A stretch of DNA of 63,675 nucleotides, filler included, from Octopus bimaculoides (GCF_001194135.2; 5 parts of 4 records of this genome joined end to end with filler, not necessarily neighbours in it), one strand, 5' to 3'; positions 49,465-63,656 are shown, counted from the whole stretch's first letter. Numbers and translations: made by a program. Notes: a model not told the origin generated them from the letters alone.

Positions 49465-50087
49465 ACANNNNNNNNNNNNNNNNNNNNNNNNNNNNNNNNN
49501 NNNNNNNNNNNNNNNNNNNNNNNNNNNNNNNNNNNNNNNNNNNNNNNNNNNNNNNNNNNNNNNNNNNNNNNNNNNNNNNNNNNNNNNNNNNNNNNNNNNN
49601 NNNNNNNNNNNNNNNNNNNNNNNNNNNNNNNNNNNNNNNNNNNNNNNNNNNNNNNNNNNNNNNNNNNNNNNNNNNNNNNNNNNNNNNNNNNNNNNNNNNN
49701 NNNNNNNNNNNNNNNNNNNNNNNNNNNNNNNNNNNNNNNNNNNNNNNNNNNNNNNNNNNNNNNNNNNNNNNNNNNNNNNNNNNNNNNNNNNNNNNNNNNN
49801 TCAAAGACGAGAACCAACAACATTTGTTTTTACTTTTGTTTTAACCGTTTACTTTTTCATGATTTTCTTGGTATTTGTTTCTTTTGTTGCTGTTTTGGTT
49901 TGTCTTGTTTTTGTTTTTTTATTTCATTTCCTTTTTGATTCTTATTTAGAATCCTTTAATTGAAAGCTGAACTTTAATATTGCGGTAACGTTGTGAGCTG
50001 CAATGGACCGCCCAAGTAATTAGACACGATGCTGGTGCTTAACTAGCTCCCTGTTGTTAGGCCCAGGAAATCATGTGAAGTAGTGTG

Positions 50088-50088
50088 C

Positions 50089-50140
<52 letters not shown>

Positions 50141-50323
50141 TGTAGGAGTAGTAGTACCAAGACCATCATCGATATGCCAGCACCATTATCATTGCCACTA
50201 TTATAACTGCTGCTGATACCACTACCAACGCCATCACTGCTACCAACGCTAACTTCAATAAGGCCACCACCACTTCTACTACAACTAGCAGTGTTGCTAC
50301 TGCTGCTGCTGTTACTACTACGC

Positions 50324-50393
<70 letters not shown>

Positions 50394-50630
50394 TGCTGAT
50401 ACTATTCCTACTACTACAACCAACACCATCAACGATACATGTACGAACTTCAATAACTCCACCACTATCACTTCTTCTTCTACTACTACTACTACTACTA
50501 CTTCCACCACCACCATTACCGTCATTGCTACCGATACTTGTACCACCTCCACTACTTTTGCTAATACCACCAACATCCCTACTACTGCCACCACCACTAC
50601 TAATGCTACTTCTACAAGTGCTACTGCTGC
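50088..50630. repeat. Compound degenerate triplet repeat (TAG)n then (CTA/CCA/CTG)n
   Basis: Direct reading; it generates the poly-Ser/Val/Leu/Ala ORFs in the track. Confidence 0.9.
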
Positions 50631-52600
50631 ATCTCACAGTACATGAAGATATTACTAAGTTATATACCAAAGCTTATACTTTGTGGAAGAATTCCTGTGA
50701 GACCTCTGAAAGCAAGTTGCTGCCAGCTCTCACAGAATCGACCACAGGAGGTAAAACCAAGAGCTCCTGAGAAATAAAATAATAATAATAATAATAATAT
50801 CAACAACGACGACGATTATAATGATGATGATGATGACAATGACGAAAATGATGACAACCATGACGACGGTGATGAGGATGATGGTGATGATGATGTAAGT
50901 CACGAATATTCTTGGACATTCCAACTTAGAGGAACATGGAATGTAAAGCAACTCAAAGATGTTCTTTATCGAAGACGATGGGCGAAGAAAATGACGTAAG
51001 GATTTGAATCCATGGGATACTTTTAAGACAAAGCAATATGTCTCCAAAAATAATACAAATATAAAAGAATATTAAAGTTATAAAATTACAAAGATGTGGA
51101 AGAAGACGTATCCAGAATGTAAGAATTGAAAACAGAAGTAATCCTTATAGTAACAAATATCATAGGAATTGTTACAGAATTTTATAAAAACATATATGCA
51201 CGAACACAAGAGGAATTGTTCAAATATTGACAGAATACTGAAATATACTGTTACGAGACACTGCACACATACGGCGTAGAACTTACAATTACAATACAAA
51301 CTGCATAAATGAAACAAAAAACTGTACGTACCCAATGCACACACAGAGCTCTGCTCGGTTGTGCAGTGAAAAGGCGCAACAGAAAAAAATAAGAAAAGCT
51401 AGAATAGTGAAGATGATGTAGCATAACTCATTAGTTCTGTCTGAAATGTTTGGCAGTGAGCTATGAAAGAAAAAAATAATATGGTGAATATGCTTTGTTA
51501 TGAGAATTCATTCATTGAAAATGAATTATCTTATGAAGAAGTGAAATATTTTTTTAAACTTAGTTATACAAAAGAACCAGAAAAAAACAACGAAAGACAA
51601 TGTACAGCAGACAAATACCATATATTACACAAGAACTCATACGCCCATACATACGTAATATCTTTATACATTTGAATATAAAGGTGTATATAAATACTAA
51701 CACACACACATACATATATATGAATATGTATATGCATATATATATNNNNNNNNNNNNNNNNNNNNNNNNNNNNNNNNNNNNNNNNNNNNNNNNNNNNNNN
51801 NNNNNNNNNNNNNNNNNNNNNNNNNNNNNNNNNNNNNNNNNNNNNNNNNNNNNNNNNNNNNNNNNNNNNNNNNNNNNNNNNNNNNNNNNNNNNNNNNNNN
51901 NNNNNNNNNNNNNNNNNNNNNNNNNNNNNNNNNNNNNNNNNNNNNNNNNNNNNNNNNNNNNNNNNNNNNNNNNNNNNNNNNNNNNNNNNNNNNNNNNNNN
52001 NNNNNNNNNNNNNNNNNNNNNNNNNNNNNNNNNNNNNNNNNNNNNNNNNNNNNNNNNNNNNNNNNNNNNNNNNNNNNNNNNNNNNNNNNNNNNNNNNNNN
52101 NNNNNNNNNNNNNNNNNNNNNNNNNNNNNNNNNNNNNNNNNNNNNNNNNNNNNNNNNNNNNNNNNNNNNNNNNNNNNNNNNNNNNNNNNNNNNNNNNNNN
52201 NNNNNNNNNNNNNNNNNNNNNNNNNNNNNNNNNNNNNNNNNNNNNNNNNNNNNNNNNNNNNNNNNNNNNNNNNNNNNNNNNNNNNNNNNNNNNNNNNNNN
52301 NNNNNNNNNNNNNNNNNNNNNNNNNNNNNNNNNNNNNNNNNNNNNNNNNNNNNNNNNNNNNNNNNNNNNNNNNNNNNNNNNNNNNNNNNNNNNNNNNNNN
52401 NNNNNNNNNNNNNNNNNNNNNNNNNNNNNNNNNNNNNNNNNNNNNNNNNNNNNNNNNNNNNNNNNNNNNNNNNNNNNNNNNNNNNNNNNNNNNNNNNNNN
52501 NNNNNNNNNNNNNNNNNNNNNNNNNNNNNNNNNNNNNNNNNNNNNNNNNNNNNNNNNNNNNNNNNNNNNNNNNNNNNNNNNNNNNNNNNNNNNNNNATAC

Positions 52601-52648
<48 letters not shown>

Positions 52649-53139
52649 ATATATATGTATGCATGTATGTATTTGTATATACACTCATGATATGGGTAGA
52701 TATATAAGATATCGTGAATTGAACACAATTTTCCATAACATGAGTAAATTTTTCACTATAATTTTAAACTATACACATGTATACTTATATATGTAAATAT
52801 ATTCATTTATGCATACATACTTTCATAGTTACAGAAATACATAGATCCATACATGTATTTAAACATACACGCATACATATATGCTTACAGGCAAACATAC
52901 CAAATTCATACGTGCATATATACAAATGCCAATTCACACATACACACTTCACACACATAAAGACGCACACATACGCATACACACTAACATACACACACAC
53001 ATATAGACATACATATACGTATACACTCACATGCATGTATTGTTCGCCAACATACATTCACACATATGTAAACTGATAGAGATGACGCCCAAAAATAGCA
53101 TTTGAATTCACCTAATATTTTTAAAAAGTATTCTTTCAA

Positions 53140-53665
53140 CATAGGCGTATGAGTGGTTGTGTGATAACTAGCTTGCTTACGAACCACACGGTTCCGGGTT
53201 CAGTCCCACTGCGTGGCACCTTGGGCAAGTATATTCTACTATAGCCCCGGGCCGGCCAAAGCCTTGTGAATGGGTTTGGTAGACGGAAACTAAAAGAAAC
53301 CTGTTGAAGATATATATATATATATANNNNNNNNNNNNNNNNNNNNNNNNNNNNNNNNNNNNNNNNNNNNNNNNNNNNNNNNNNNNNNNNNNNNNNNNNN
53401 NNNNNNNNNNNNNNNNNNNNNNNNNNNNNNNNNNNNNNNNNNNNNNNNNNNNNNNNNNNNNNNNNNNNNNNNNNNNNNNNNNNNNNNNNNNNNNNNNNNN
53501 NNNTCCCCGTAACTCAGCGCTTCGGCAAAATAGACCGATAGAATAAGTACTAAGCTTACAAAGAATAAGACCTGGGGTCGTCAATTTTCGACTAAAATCC
53601 TTTAAGGTTGTGCTCCAGCATGGCTGTAGTCAAATGATTGAAACAAGTACAAGAATAAAAGAATG
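53140..53665 (+). mobile_element. SINE family B, full length across a gap
   Basis: GGCGTATGAGTGGTTGTGTG..GGTTCCGGGTTCAGTCCCACTGCGTGGCACCTTGGGCAAGT..(TA)n/gap..CTTCGGCAAAATAGACCGATAGAATAAGTAC..GCTCCAGCATGGC..GAAACAAGTAC. Confidence 0.92.
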
Positions 53666-54989
53666 TGTGGGTGTGTGAGTGTGTGTTTGAGTGTGAGTGC
53701 GTATGTATGTGTGCGTGTGGGTGTGGGTGTTTTTATATATATATAGTTCATAAAGGCACGTGATCCTCACCAGTACCATTATGATTAATCTAAGTGATCT
53801 ATTTAATCACCGAAATTGCTCAACAATCTAGCAGGCAGTCAATGCTTTGACTTTTGCGAATTAATCCAATAGTAGGAACGAACCACAAGTATACCCCAGA
53901 AATAACATATTATGTATGTACGAATGTTAGATTAGCTGACTAAATAATCAAATACATATGTATATACATGCATACATATACATATAGTTGTGCATAAGCA
54001 CACTGCGTACTATTATGTATATTAAAAGAAGGATTAATTAGACAAAAGTATTGGAGTTTTGGCTTCAAACACGCATGCATCCATTCAGGGAAACCGGCGC
54101 ATGGATAGATACATAAATGACAATGATATACTGGTATGTATACGATTCATGGATGTATCACCACATGAATGCATGGATGGACTGAATAACAAATTAATAC
54201 ATGTTGCCATTATTTGTTAGAATGGATGCAATTCTGAAATTAGACGCGTAGATTGTGTAGAAATGGTGGAAGGGTCTGGCAGGTGAGTGTACGAAATATT
54301 CCTGGTTTGCATTATTGAAATGCATTATTCCGGTAAATTAGAGAGGAAACACTAAACGTTTGTTCGAAACATCATTTAATTACCTAATTGGCTTCTAATT
54401 CACAATCCACGTCAAGAAAGCCATCATTGTAGTGGGAATTGTCTTCTCAAACGAACCCATGATTTGGGAAGATGACTGGAAGTAAGATTTTGGATAGACA
54501 GAAAGTAGAATGTGAAGAATGGAAAGGTGTAAGGATGATCGGTATTCTGGATAGAAGGAAGAAATGGAGAGAGAATGAAAGAATGAATGAAAGAACGGTA
54601 GCAATACAGAAACTAACAAGCAAAACGCAAAGAGAGATGGAAAAATGATGGGAAGGACCTGGAAGCCAAACAGATTAATCGTAGAAAGACAACTACCTAC
54701 AGTCGAACACCACTTTCCCTTGTATGCTCTACAGGCACACCTCTACCATCAAGATCACTCCATTTGATTCGGTGAAGAAACAACTACACGGTAATTACGC
54801 CTGCTATAAACAGCAGTCAAATCTTTCTCAACTCCTATGCTAATGTCGTAAAGAAAATTAGACAAAAATTGGTTAATGCAGTCCTCAATATTCCTAAAAT
54901 GAATGAATGGTTACAGTTGGAATGTCAGATCGATTATTTCTTTTTCTCCTTGAGGTTAAACAGTATCATCCCCACAGCCAAGAATCACC

Positions 54990-55390
54990 TACCCCAACAC
55001 CACCACCACCACAACAACAGCAACAACTACCATCATCATCAGCAGCAGCATCAAAACACCACTAACGCCACTACATCAACATCAATCACACCACCATCAT
55101 TACCATGACCACCACTACCAATGCTACCACCAATATACCACCATTAGCACCATCATCACCACGACAAACACCATCAGTACCATCTTAATTACCTCCACCA
55201 TCACAGCCTTGAGCACCATTACTAACAGAACCACCACCTTCACCACCACAATCTCCGCATTCATCATAATCGCCACCGCCTCCGCCAATACCACAGTCCA
55301 ATCAATCATGCAGTCATACATCAAACACCGATACATTCATGGATCAAAGTAGCAGATAATACAACAATTTTGGCCACCACCACCGAACAC
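54990..55390. repeat. Degenerate (CAC/CAT/CAA)n low-complexity tract
   Basis: Direct reading. Confidence 0.85.
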
Positions 55391-55489
55391 TCACAAACAG
55401 ATGTGTCATGTGCAGATATCTTGGTGCTAACTCTATTACCTGCCTACCATCTTCTCTAAATAGTACGACTTTGGTAGATGTTATTTTGG

Positions 55490-55745
55490 TTAGGTGGATG
55501 GTTGGATGGATGGATGGCTGAAGGGAGGGAGGGAGGGAGGGAGGGAATTAAGAAATGATGGAAAGAATGAAGGAATGAAAGAGGATGTTTGTATGGATGC
55601 TTAGATATATGGAAGGATAGATGGCTGCACGATGGATGGAGGAAGGGGAGAAAGGAGGAAGGGATAAATAAATGAATCCGCTGATCGATCGATCGAACGC
55701 TCGATTGATTGGTGAATGGATAGATGGTTAGATAGATGGATGTAA
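55490..55745. repeat. Purine-rich (GGAT/GGGA/GAAT/AGAT)n tract
   Basis: Direct reading. Confidence 0.85.
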
Positions 55746-56131
55746 GGTTTCTTACATAGATAGATGGCTGTCGGGTTAGAGGGCTGATGAGCAAATAATG
55801 GGGGCTGGTGAGCAGAAAAGAAAGGATAGTCTTTTCACTCGATAGAAAAACTGATAACGACTACCAAAATTATGACGAATCTTAACCAAAAATCCGAAAA
55901 ATCTGTAAAGATTTTCCGAATTTTAATCTTCGTCATACAATAATGTGAAGTATTTAGGGATCACAAGAGACCAGGACTTATCAAAGTGAGTGACACCGCC
56001 CATTGCATGTTCCTGGAAATTTTTATATGTACACTCAGAGCGAAAGAAACGGTTGGGGAAGACAGCCAATATATCTTAATTTTCAAAAATATTTTCAGTT
56101 TTTATACTATGTGGGAACTATCTGTTATTAT

Positions 56132-56510
56132 TGATTTCAAATTTTGGCATAAGGTCAGCGTTTTCGGGGAGGACATCTCGACTACATCGACCCCAGTACT
56201 CAAGTGGTACTTACTTTATCGACCCACGAAAGGACGAAAGGCAAAGCTGACCTCGACGGAATTTGAACTCAGAATGTAAAGTCAAACGAAATGCCGCTAA
56301 GAATTTTGTCCGGCAAAATCGTTAACACGCTGGGCAAAATGCTTAGCTGCAGCCCTTTCGTTCTGTGTTCAAATTCTACTGAGGTCGACTTTGCCTTTCA
56401 GCATTTCTAAGGCGATAAAATAAGTACCAGTTGAATACTGAGGTTGATGATCTTGTGCCAACGTTGCAGGTCTTGTGCCAAAGTTGCTGGTCTTGTGCCA
56501 AAATTTGAAA
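56132..56510. mobile_element. Head-to-head inverted pair of family A SINEs
   Basis: Minus copy at about 56132-56314, immediately followed by a plus copy at about 56315-56510. The plus tail has TCTTGTGCCAA repeated three times at about 20-bp spacing. Confidence 0.9.
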
Positions 56511-56679
56511 TGAAAATTGCAAATAGTCTTTCAATGGCGATCAACCTGTCGGTAATATGTCTTTATGGTGTGTGGAGTGTTGAAAAGTGTTTGTAAAAGG
56601 AAGGAGGCGATATTCCAGATAAGCTTGAAAAGTACTGATCTGAACTATGATATAAACCTGCTACACATGTGCATGGAGG

Positions 56680-57005
56680 GGCATGCTTGGCTGTAGGGAG
56701 TTTTCTTTCCAACAACTTGTCACCGTATTCTATCAGACTGCGTAGCGGAAACTGAAAGAACGCCGTCGCTTGTGTTTGTGTGTGCGTGTCTGTGTATATT
56801 TATATCTCACTTCGTACCCCGTCACCACTTGACACCCGGTGTTGGTGTGTTTGCATACCTTAACTTACCGGTTCGACAAAAGAGACCGTTAGCATAAGTA
56901 CCAGGTTTCGAAAAAAAATTTTCTACTGTGATCGATTCTTCGACTAATATTCTTGACATCATTGCACCAGACTGACCGCAGTCTAATAGTTAAAACAATT
57001 AAGGA
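56680..57005 (+). mobile_element. SINE family B, old copy
   Basis: CGGAAACTGAAAGAACGCCGTC..GTGTTGGTGTGTTT..GGTTCGACAAAAGAGACCGTTAGCATAAGTACC. Confidence 0.75.
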
Positions 57006-57198
57006 ATCTAATATGCATGATGTATATCTTTCATCTTTCTATAATTCATTTTAAGCATTGTTCTGCGGTAATGATGGAACACTGCCTTAAAGTCGACCCG
57101 GGGCTATTGTAGAAACTATTGTCCGGGAATCTACGTGATTGGGTAGCCAGCGTTCTTCTTAAACAGGCATTCATGCTTGCAAATATATATTTATACGC

Positions 57199-57260
<62 letters not shown>

Positions 57261-58059
57261 TTGTGCGTCTGTGTGTGTGCGCCCCATATCTGTGTGATGT
57301 TTACAGATCGTCATCCTGCGTATAACCTTTAATGATATGAACAGCTACAGCTTTAAGAACGAAATCCCTTAATACATGTGTTCCATATCGATTTAGAGAC
57401 CCTTCCTTATTTCACTCCCCTTTCATTTTCAGTAATTCAGGGAATCAGCAGTAATCTTCTTAGGCTTTCTGAAAATCTGTAGCTGACGACGCTATTCTTC
57501 ACCTTTTGTCATAGAAAACAAACAAACAAATCAATACACCGCTTCCTTTCGCCTCATATGCGTTCGCTTGTTTCTCCTAAAGCAATTACAATAGTCTAAT
57601 CGTTTACAACACTTGCTCGCTGCCTTTGATCTCTTATCAATTATACACATTATTAAGTGAGAAATGTGTCTGTGTATGAATACGCCCATTATTCGTTTGC
57701 TCGATTCGGTTGGAGATTTCATCCGGTCTCTGATAATTTCAAAACACACTGTTCAACATTTTCACTTGAAACGGAAAGTTATGATGGAGAAAACCCTATC
57801 GCATTTAATCACTTAACACAAGAAAGATATTTCGGTTGCTGCTTTATTAATAGACTCCTCTGCAGTATTAAAAGAAGTTTTTATTGGAAGCAACGCGTTC
57901 TACGGCATAATAATGTAGAATAAGCAACGAAAGTGGCGGATTAATAGAATCATTACACAGCGTCCGGCTACAATACGTTCCGAGTTCCAATCTCGTTGAT
58001 TTCCACATTGAAGTTTTTCATTTGCGGCTCGATAAAGCATTGCAAAGTTACATTTATAT

Positions 58060-58365
58060 TTTACTTGTTTCAGTCATTAGACTGTGGCCATGCTGGGGCA
58101 ACTCTTTGAAGACTTTTTAGCCGAATATGTCGGCACTAGTAATTAATTTTTCAAACCCAGGTATTTATTATACTCTTCACTCTTTTACTCTTTCACTTGT
58201 TTCAGTCATTTGTCTGTTGCCATACTGGAGCACCACCTTTATAGTCGAGCAAATCGACCCCAGAGCTTATTCTTTGTAAGCCTAGTCCTTTTTTGCCGGA
58301 CCGCTAAGTTACGGGGACGTAAGCACACCAGCATCGGTTGTCAAGCGATGCTGGAGGGACAAACA
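58060..58365 (-). mobile_element. Two SINE family B 3' ends
   Basis: TTTACTTGTTTCAGTCATT at about 58060 and 58192. The second continues through CCGCTAAGTTACGGGGACGTAAGCACACCAGCATCGG into the microsatellite and gap; the head remnant AGCCACTCCTGCGCC is at 59099-59130. Confidence 0.85.
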
Positions 58366-58415
<50 letters not shown>

Positions 58416-59261
58416 CATATATANNNNNNNNNNNNNNNNNNNNNNNNNNNNNNNNNNNNNNNNNNNNNNNNNNNNNNNNNNNNNNNNNNNNNNNNNNNNN
58501 NNNNNNNNNNNNNNNNNNNNNNNNNNNNNNNNNNNNNNNNNNNNNNNNNNNNNNNNNNNNNNNNNNNNNNNNNNNNNNNNNNNNNNNNNNNNNNNNNNNN
58601 NNNNNNNNNNNNNNNNNNNNNNNNNNNNNNNNNNNNNNNNNNNNNNNNNNNNNNNNNNNNNNNNNNNNNNNNNNNNNNNNNNNNNNNNNNNNNNNNNNNN
58701 NNNNNNNNNNNNNNNNNNNNNNNNNNNNNNNNNNNNNNNNNNNNNNNNNNNNNNNNNNNNNNNNNNNNNNNNNNNNNNNNNNNNNNNNNNNNNNNNNNNN
58801 NNNNNNNNNNNNNNNNNNNNNNNNNNNNNNNNNNNNNNNNNNNNNNNNNNNNNNNNNNNNNNNNNNNNNNNNNNNNNNNNNNNNNNNNNNNNNNNNNNNN
58901 NNNNNNNNNNNNNNNNNNNNNNNNNNNNNNNNNNNNNNNNNNNNNNNNNNNNNNNNNNNNNNNNNNNNNNNNNNNNNNNNNNNNNNNNNNNNNNNNNNNN
59001 NNNNNNNNNNNNNNNNNNNNNNNNNNNNNNNNNNNNNNNTTCTTTTTGTCAGAACAGATTGATGTATTCGTGAACTGTGAATGGCATTGAAGAGCATAGC
59101 CACTCCTGCGCCTAGCCACTCTTGCGCCAGTACATGAAAATAAAAAAAAATTAAATAAAACGTGTGCACAGATAACTTAAAGTAAATATGTTTGAAAAGT
59201 ATATTTCGAGTAACAAAATGATGCATTTGAATACCTAATTTGATATCTTAGTAGACATTAA

Positions 59262-59475
59262 AGGCGGCGAGCTGGCAGAATCGTTAGAACGCCGAGCAAA
59301 CTGCATAGCGGTATGTTGCCATTCGCTACGTTCTGAGTTCAAATTCTGCTGAGGTCGACTTTGCCTTTCAACCTTTCGGGGTCGAACAATTAAGTACCTG
59401 TCACGTACTGGGGTCGTTGTAATCGACTATCCCCCTCCCTCCAAATTTCAGGCCTTGTGTCAATAGTAGAAAATA
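59262..59475 (+). mobile_element. SINE family A, full length (tail type 1), followed by a partial copy to about 59600
   Basis: GGCGGCGAGCTGGCAGAATCGTTAG..GAGTTCAAATTC..CCTTTCGGGGTCG..AAATTTCAGGCCTTGTG. Confidence 0.92.
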
Positions 59476-59616
59476 ATATTTACCACGCCGGACAAAATGC
59501 TTAGCGACATTTCTTCCGATTTGACCTTGTAACTTCAAATCTTATCGCGGTCGATTGTATCTTTCCTTTTTCCGGGATCGGTCGATGAAATAAGCTTGCA
59601 GTCTTAATATATATAC

Positions 59617-59660
<44 letters not shown>

Positions 59661-59950
59661 ATTTATATTTTTCTATAGAATTAGCGCACGCTGTGTCACA
59701 TGAATGTTAAATGGAGTAGAAAGTGCGATATGTTTTGATTGCGTTATTAACTAGGTTAAGCTATACATCGACGTGTGCATGTATTCAACTATGTATACAC
59801 ACACACATACAAACATATATATGTTTGTGTGTGTATGCGTGTGTATACATATATATATGTAAATGTGTGTGTGCATATATGTGTGTATACATATTATTTA
59901 TACATACATATATGTATACATATATATATATACATATACGGGTGTGCGCC

Positions 59951-59993
<43 letters not shown>

Positions 59994-60702
59994 NNNNNNN
60001 NNNNNNNNNNNNNNNNNNNNNNNNNNNNNNNNNNNNNNNNNNNNNNNNNNNNNNNNNNNNNNNNNNNNNNNNNNNNNNNNNNNNNNNNNNNNNNNNNNNN
60101 NNNNNNNNNNNNNNNNNNNNNNNNNNNNNNNNNNNNNNNNNNNNNNNNNNNNNNNNNNNNNNNNNNNNNNNNNNNNNNNNNNNNNNNNNNNNNNNNNNNN
60201 NNNNNNNNNNNNNNNNNNNNNNNNNNNNNNNNNNNNNNNNNNNNNNNNNNNNNNNNNNNNNNNNNNNNNNNNNNNNNNNNNNNNNNNNNNNNNNNNNNNN
60301 NNNNNNNNNNNNNNNNNNNNNNNNNNNNNNNNNNNNNNNNNNNNNNNNNNNNNNNNNNNNNNNNNNNNNNNNNNNNNNNNNNNNNNNNNNNNNNNNNNNN
60401 NNNNNNNNNNNNNNNNNNNNNNNNNNNNNNNNNNNNNNNNNNNNNNNNNNNNNNNNNNNNNNNNNNNNNNNNNNNNNNNNNNNNNNNNNNNNNNNNNNNN
60501 NNNNNNNNNNNNNNNNNNNNNNNNNNNNNNNNNNNNNNNNNNNNNNNNNNNNNNNNNNNNNNNNNNNNNNNNNNNNNNNNNNNNNNNNNNNNNNNNNNNN
60601 NNNNNNNNNNNNNNNNNNNNNNNNNNNNNNNNNNNNNNNNNNNNNNNNNNNNNNNNNNNNNNNNNNNNNNNNNNNNNNNTATATATATATATATATATAC
60701 AT

Positions 60703-60737
<35 letters not shown>

Positions 60738-61999
60738 TGTATACAATATAACTTATGTGTGTATAATATTTATATATATGCATGCATACATTTTATATGT
60801 AACTATGTACACGAAGTGCAACCAACCAAATACAGCTCATATCATGTTCATGCGAATGTACAGGCATACATATGTGTGTGCGTGTGTGTGTATGTATGTA
60901 TGCCTGTACGAATGTATGCATATCTGTATCTATGCATGCATGTATGTGTGCTGTAGAAGTAATCAAATACGGCCAAACAAAAAAAATACCTCACAAAAAG
61001 CTGAACAAACCGAAGTACACCGTACACCATCAACTGATTAATGTTTCTTAATAAATGAAGTGTGTGACGTATAGGTTTCACAGTTCATAGCGTATTTTGC
61101 AGTCATATTTTCAAACATTAAAAAAAAGAAACGTCTTTTGTTTTGCATTTATTTCAAAATGGTGAAATATCAAAACAATGAGAGAAACAAGGCAAAAGAA
61201 ACGAAACAAAACTGACGATAATATTATGCACGCACAGACATGTACATATGAACGTATATATATATATAATTGTANNNNNNNNNNNNNNNNNNNNNNNNNN
61301 NNNNNNNNNNNNNNNNNNNNNNNNNNNNNNNNNNNNNNNNNNNNNNNNNNNNNNNNNNNNNNNNNNNNNNNNNNNNNNNNNNNNNNNNNNNNNNNNNNNN
61401 NNNNNNNNNNNNNNNNNNNNNNNNNNNNNNNNNNNNNNNNNNNNNNNNNNNNNNNNNNNNNNNNNNNNNNNNNNNNNNNNNNNNNNNNNNNNNNNNNNNN
61501 NNNNNNNNNNNNNNNNNNNNNNNNNNNNNNNNNNNNNNNNNNNNNNNNNNNNNNNNNNNNNNNNNNNNNNNNNNNNNNNNNNNNNNNNNNNNNNNNNNNN
61601 NNNNNNNNNNNNNNNNNNNNNNNNNNNNNNNNNNNNNNNNNNNNNNNNNNNNNNNNNNNNNNNNNNNNNNNNNNNNNNNNNNNNNNNNNNNNNNNNNNNN
61701 NNNNNNNNNNNNNNNNNNNNNNNNNNNNNNNNNNNNTTTAATTAACTCCAAAAAGCGTTACTGAAGAAGTATCCTTACCAATTCTATGATGGATCTTTAG
61801 ATATTAATGGCGCCAGCGTGAGAATAAAAGAAGGGGAGAAAAAAAAATAATAATTAATTTCGAACTAAAAATGTGTAAATGAAGGACCAAATAAAATAAT
61901 AAAAAGAAATAAAAACCGCAGGAAAAACAACGAAAACATTTTAAATACGAAATATAATTGCGAAGTAAGATGTTTCTGATGATTATGTTCTGCACGATA

Positions 62000-62111
62000 T
62001 TAATAAAGACGTTGATGATGACCATGATAATAATAACAACAACAACAGCAGCAATCAATGTGAAAACAATAGCAAAAATATTAATATTAATGATACTACT
62101 ACTACTACTAC

Positions 62112-62143
<32 letters not shown>

Positions 62144-62367
62144 GTTATAACAAGGTATGTTTTTAAATTAATAATAATAGATACGTCTATCATTGTTCTT
62201 TTTCTTTTTCATCCCGTTGATGTTCTCTTATTATTTTCGCTACTGTTGTTATGATATCTTTATTGTTATTATTATTTCTATTTTCACTATTCCCATTATT
62301 ATTATCATTGCTGTTATTATTATCATTATGAGTATTGTTGTTTTCGTATTTATTATTATTATATTGG

Positions 62368-62403
<36 letters not shown>

Positions 62404-62450
62404 GTATCATCATCATTATCATTATTATTATTATTCATAATTTATCATTA
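62000..62450. repeat. Compound (TGA)/(CAA)/(CTA)/(TAA)/(ATT)/(CAT)n tract
   Basis: Direct reading. Confidence 0.9.
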
Positions 62451-62748
62451 GATGATGGGTGACAAACAAAATTAAACAAAAGGGGAAGTGGGCAAGCAAG
62501 AAAACGGGAAAAGAATCAGACTTACACACACACACACACATACACAGTCACGCACACACGTATACATACACACACACACATCCACCAAAACACTTACATG
62601 AACTAGAAAAAACAACAACAAATACAATTTAATAAAGTTTAAAAAAGGATGAAATTCACCAAGAAGAAATTGAAAATCAAAATAAAAAGATATCAACGCA
62701 AGCAATAAAAACAAATGCACAAAGATAAAAAAATAAAANNNNNNNNNN

Positions 62749-62801
<53 letters not shown>

Positions 62802-62826
62802 TGATGATGATAATGATGATGATGAC

Positions 62827-62883
<57 letters not shown>

Positions 62884-63288
62884 ATAGCTTTTACAGTAAC
62901 AAGCGATGTTATCTCAACAACGTGGTCATAAAAATTAAGAAATAAGATTTAAAAGGAGACAACTCGAACTTGTGTTTGAATCGTCTTCATGTCATGCCAA
63001 GTTTAACAAACTTTAAGTGTCTAGAATTTAAAAAAAGTAATAAAAATAAGAAGAAGAAGAAGAGAAAGAAGAAGAAGAAGAAGAAGAAGAAGAAGAAGAA
63101 GAAGAAGAAGAAGAAGAAGAAGAAGAAGAAGAAGAAGAAGAAGAAGAAGAAGAAGAAGAAGAAGAAGAAGAAGAAGAAGATTGATAATAATGACAATGAT
63201 GGTGATGATGATGATTATGATGATGATGATGATTAATTATAACAATAATATTGATAATGATAATGACGATTGTAATAATAATGTTAAC

Positions 63289-63353
<65 letters not shown>

Positions 63354-63544
63354 TAATGGTGATGATGAAATGCCAAGAAGTACTATTTTATTTGACAGAA
63401 AATTAAATTAAGTTATGGACAATGTGTTTAAAAACTAATTAGAACTGCGCTGCCTTGGTTGTTGGTTTTTGCTTTTATGTTTTTTTTTTCTTTATAGTTC
63501 TTTAAAACGAAATGAAGCTTCATCATTTGTCCTATGTTAAAAAC

Positions 63545-63580
<36 letters not shown>

Positions 63581-63622
63581 TGATGATGACGATGATGATG
63601 ATGATGATGATGATGATGATAT

Positions 63623-63656
<34 letters not shown>

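Noticed and set aside
50640-50750. 111-nt AG/GT-bounded phase 1/1 open segment (HEDITKLYTKAYTLWKNSCE...)
   Set aside because: Weak donor (GTAAAA), no C..NGxW motif expected for the next class B exon, and it abuts a triplet tract.
9912-53762. About seven CACGTG E-boxes near a putative circadian receptor
   Set aside because: The count is close to that expected by chance for this length and composition, and several lie in repeats.
54221-54282. Segment NGCNSEIRRVDC... ending at CAG|GTGAGT
   Set aside because: Only superficial similarity to the post-TM7 NGEV..EIRR motif, lacking the aromatic context, and none of the TM exons precede it.
4634-63411. Many long track ORFs (poly-X, CVCV, YIYI, HTHT, poly-I/K/N/D/S)
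   Set aside because: They are products of N gaps and di/tri/tetranucleotide repeats, with no protein-like composition.
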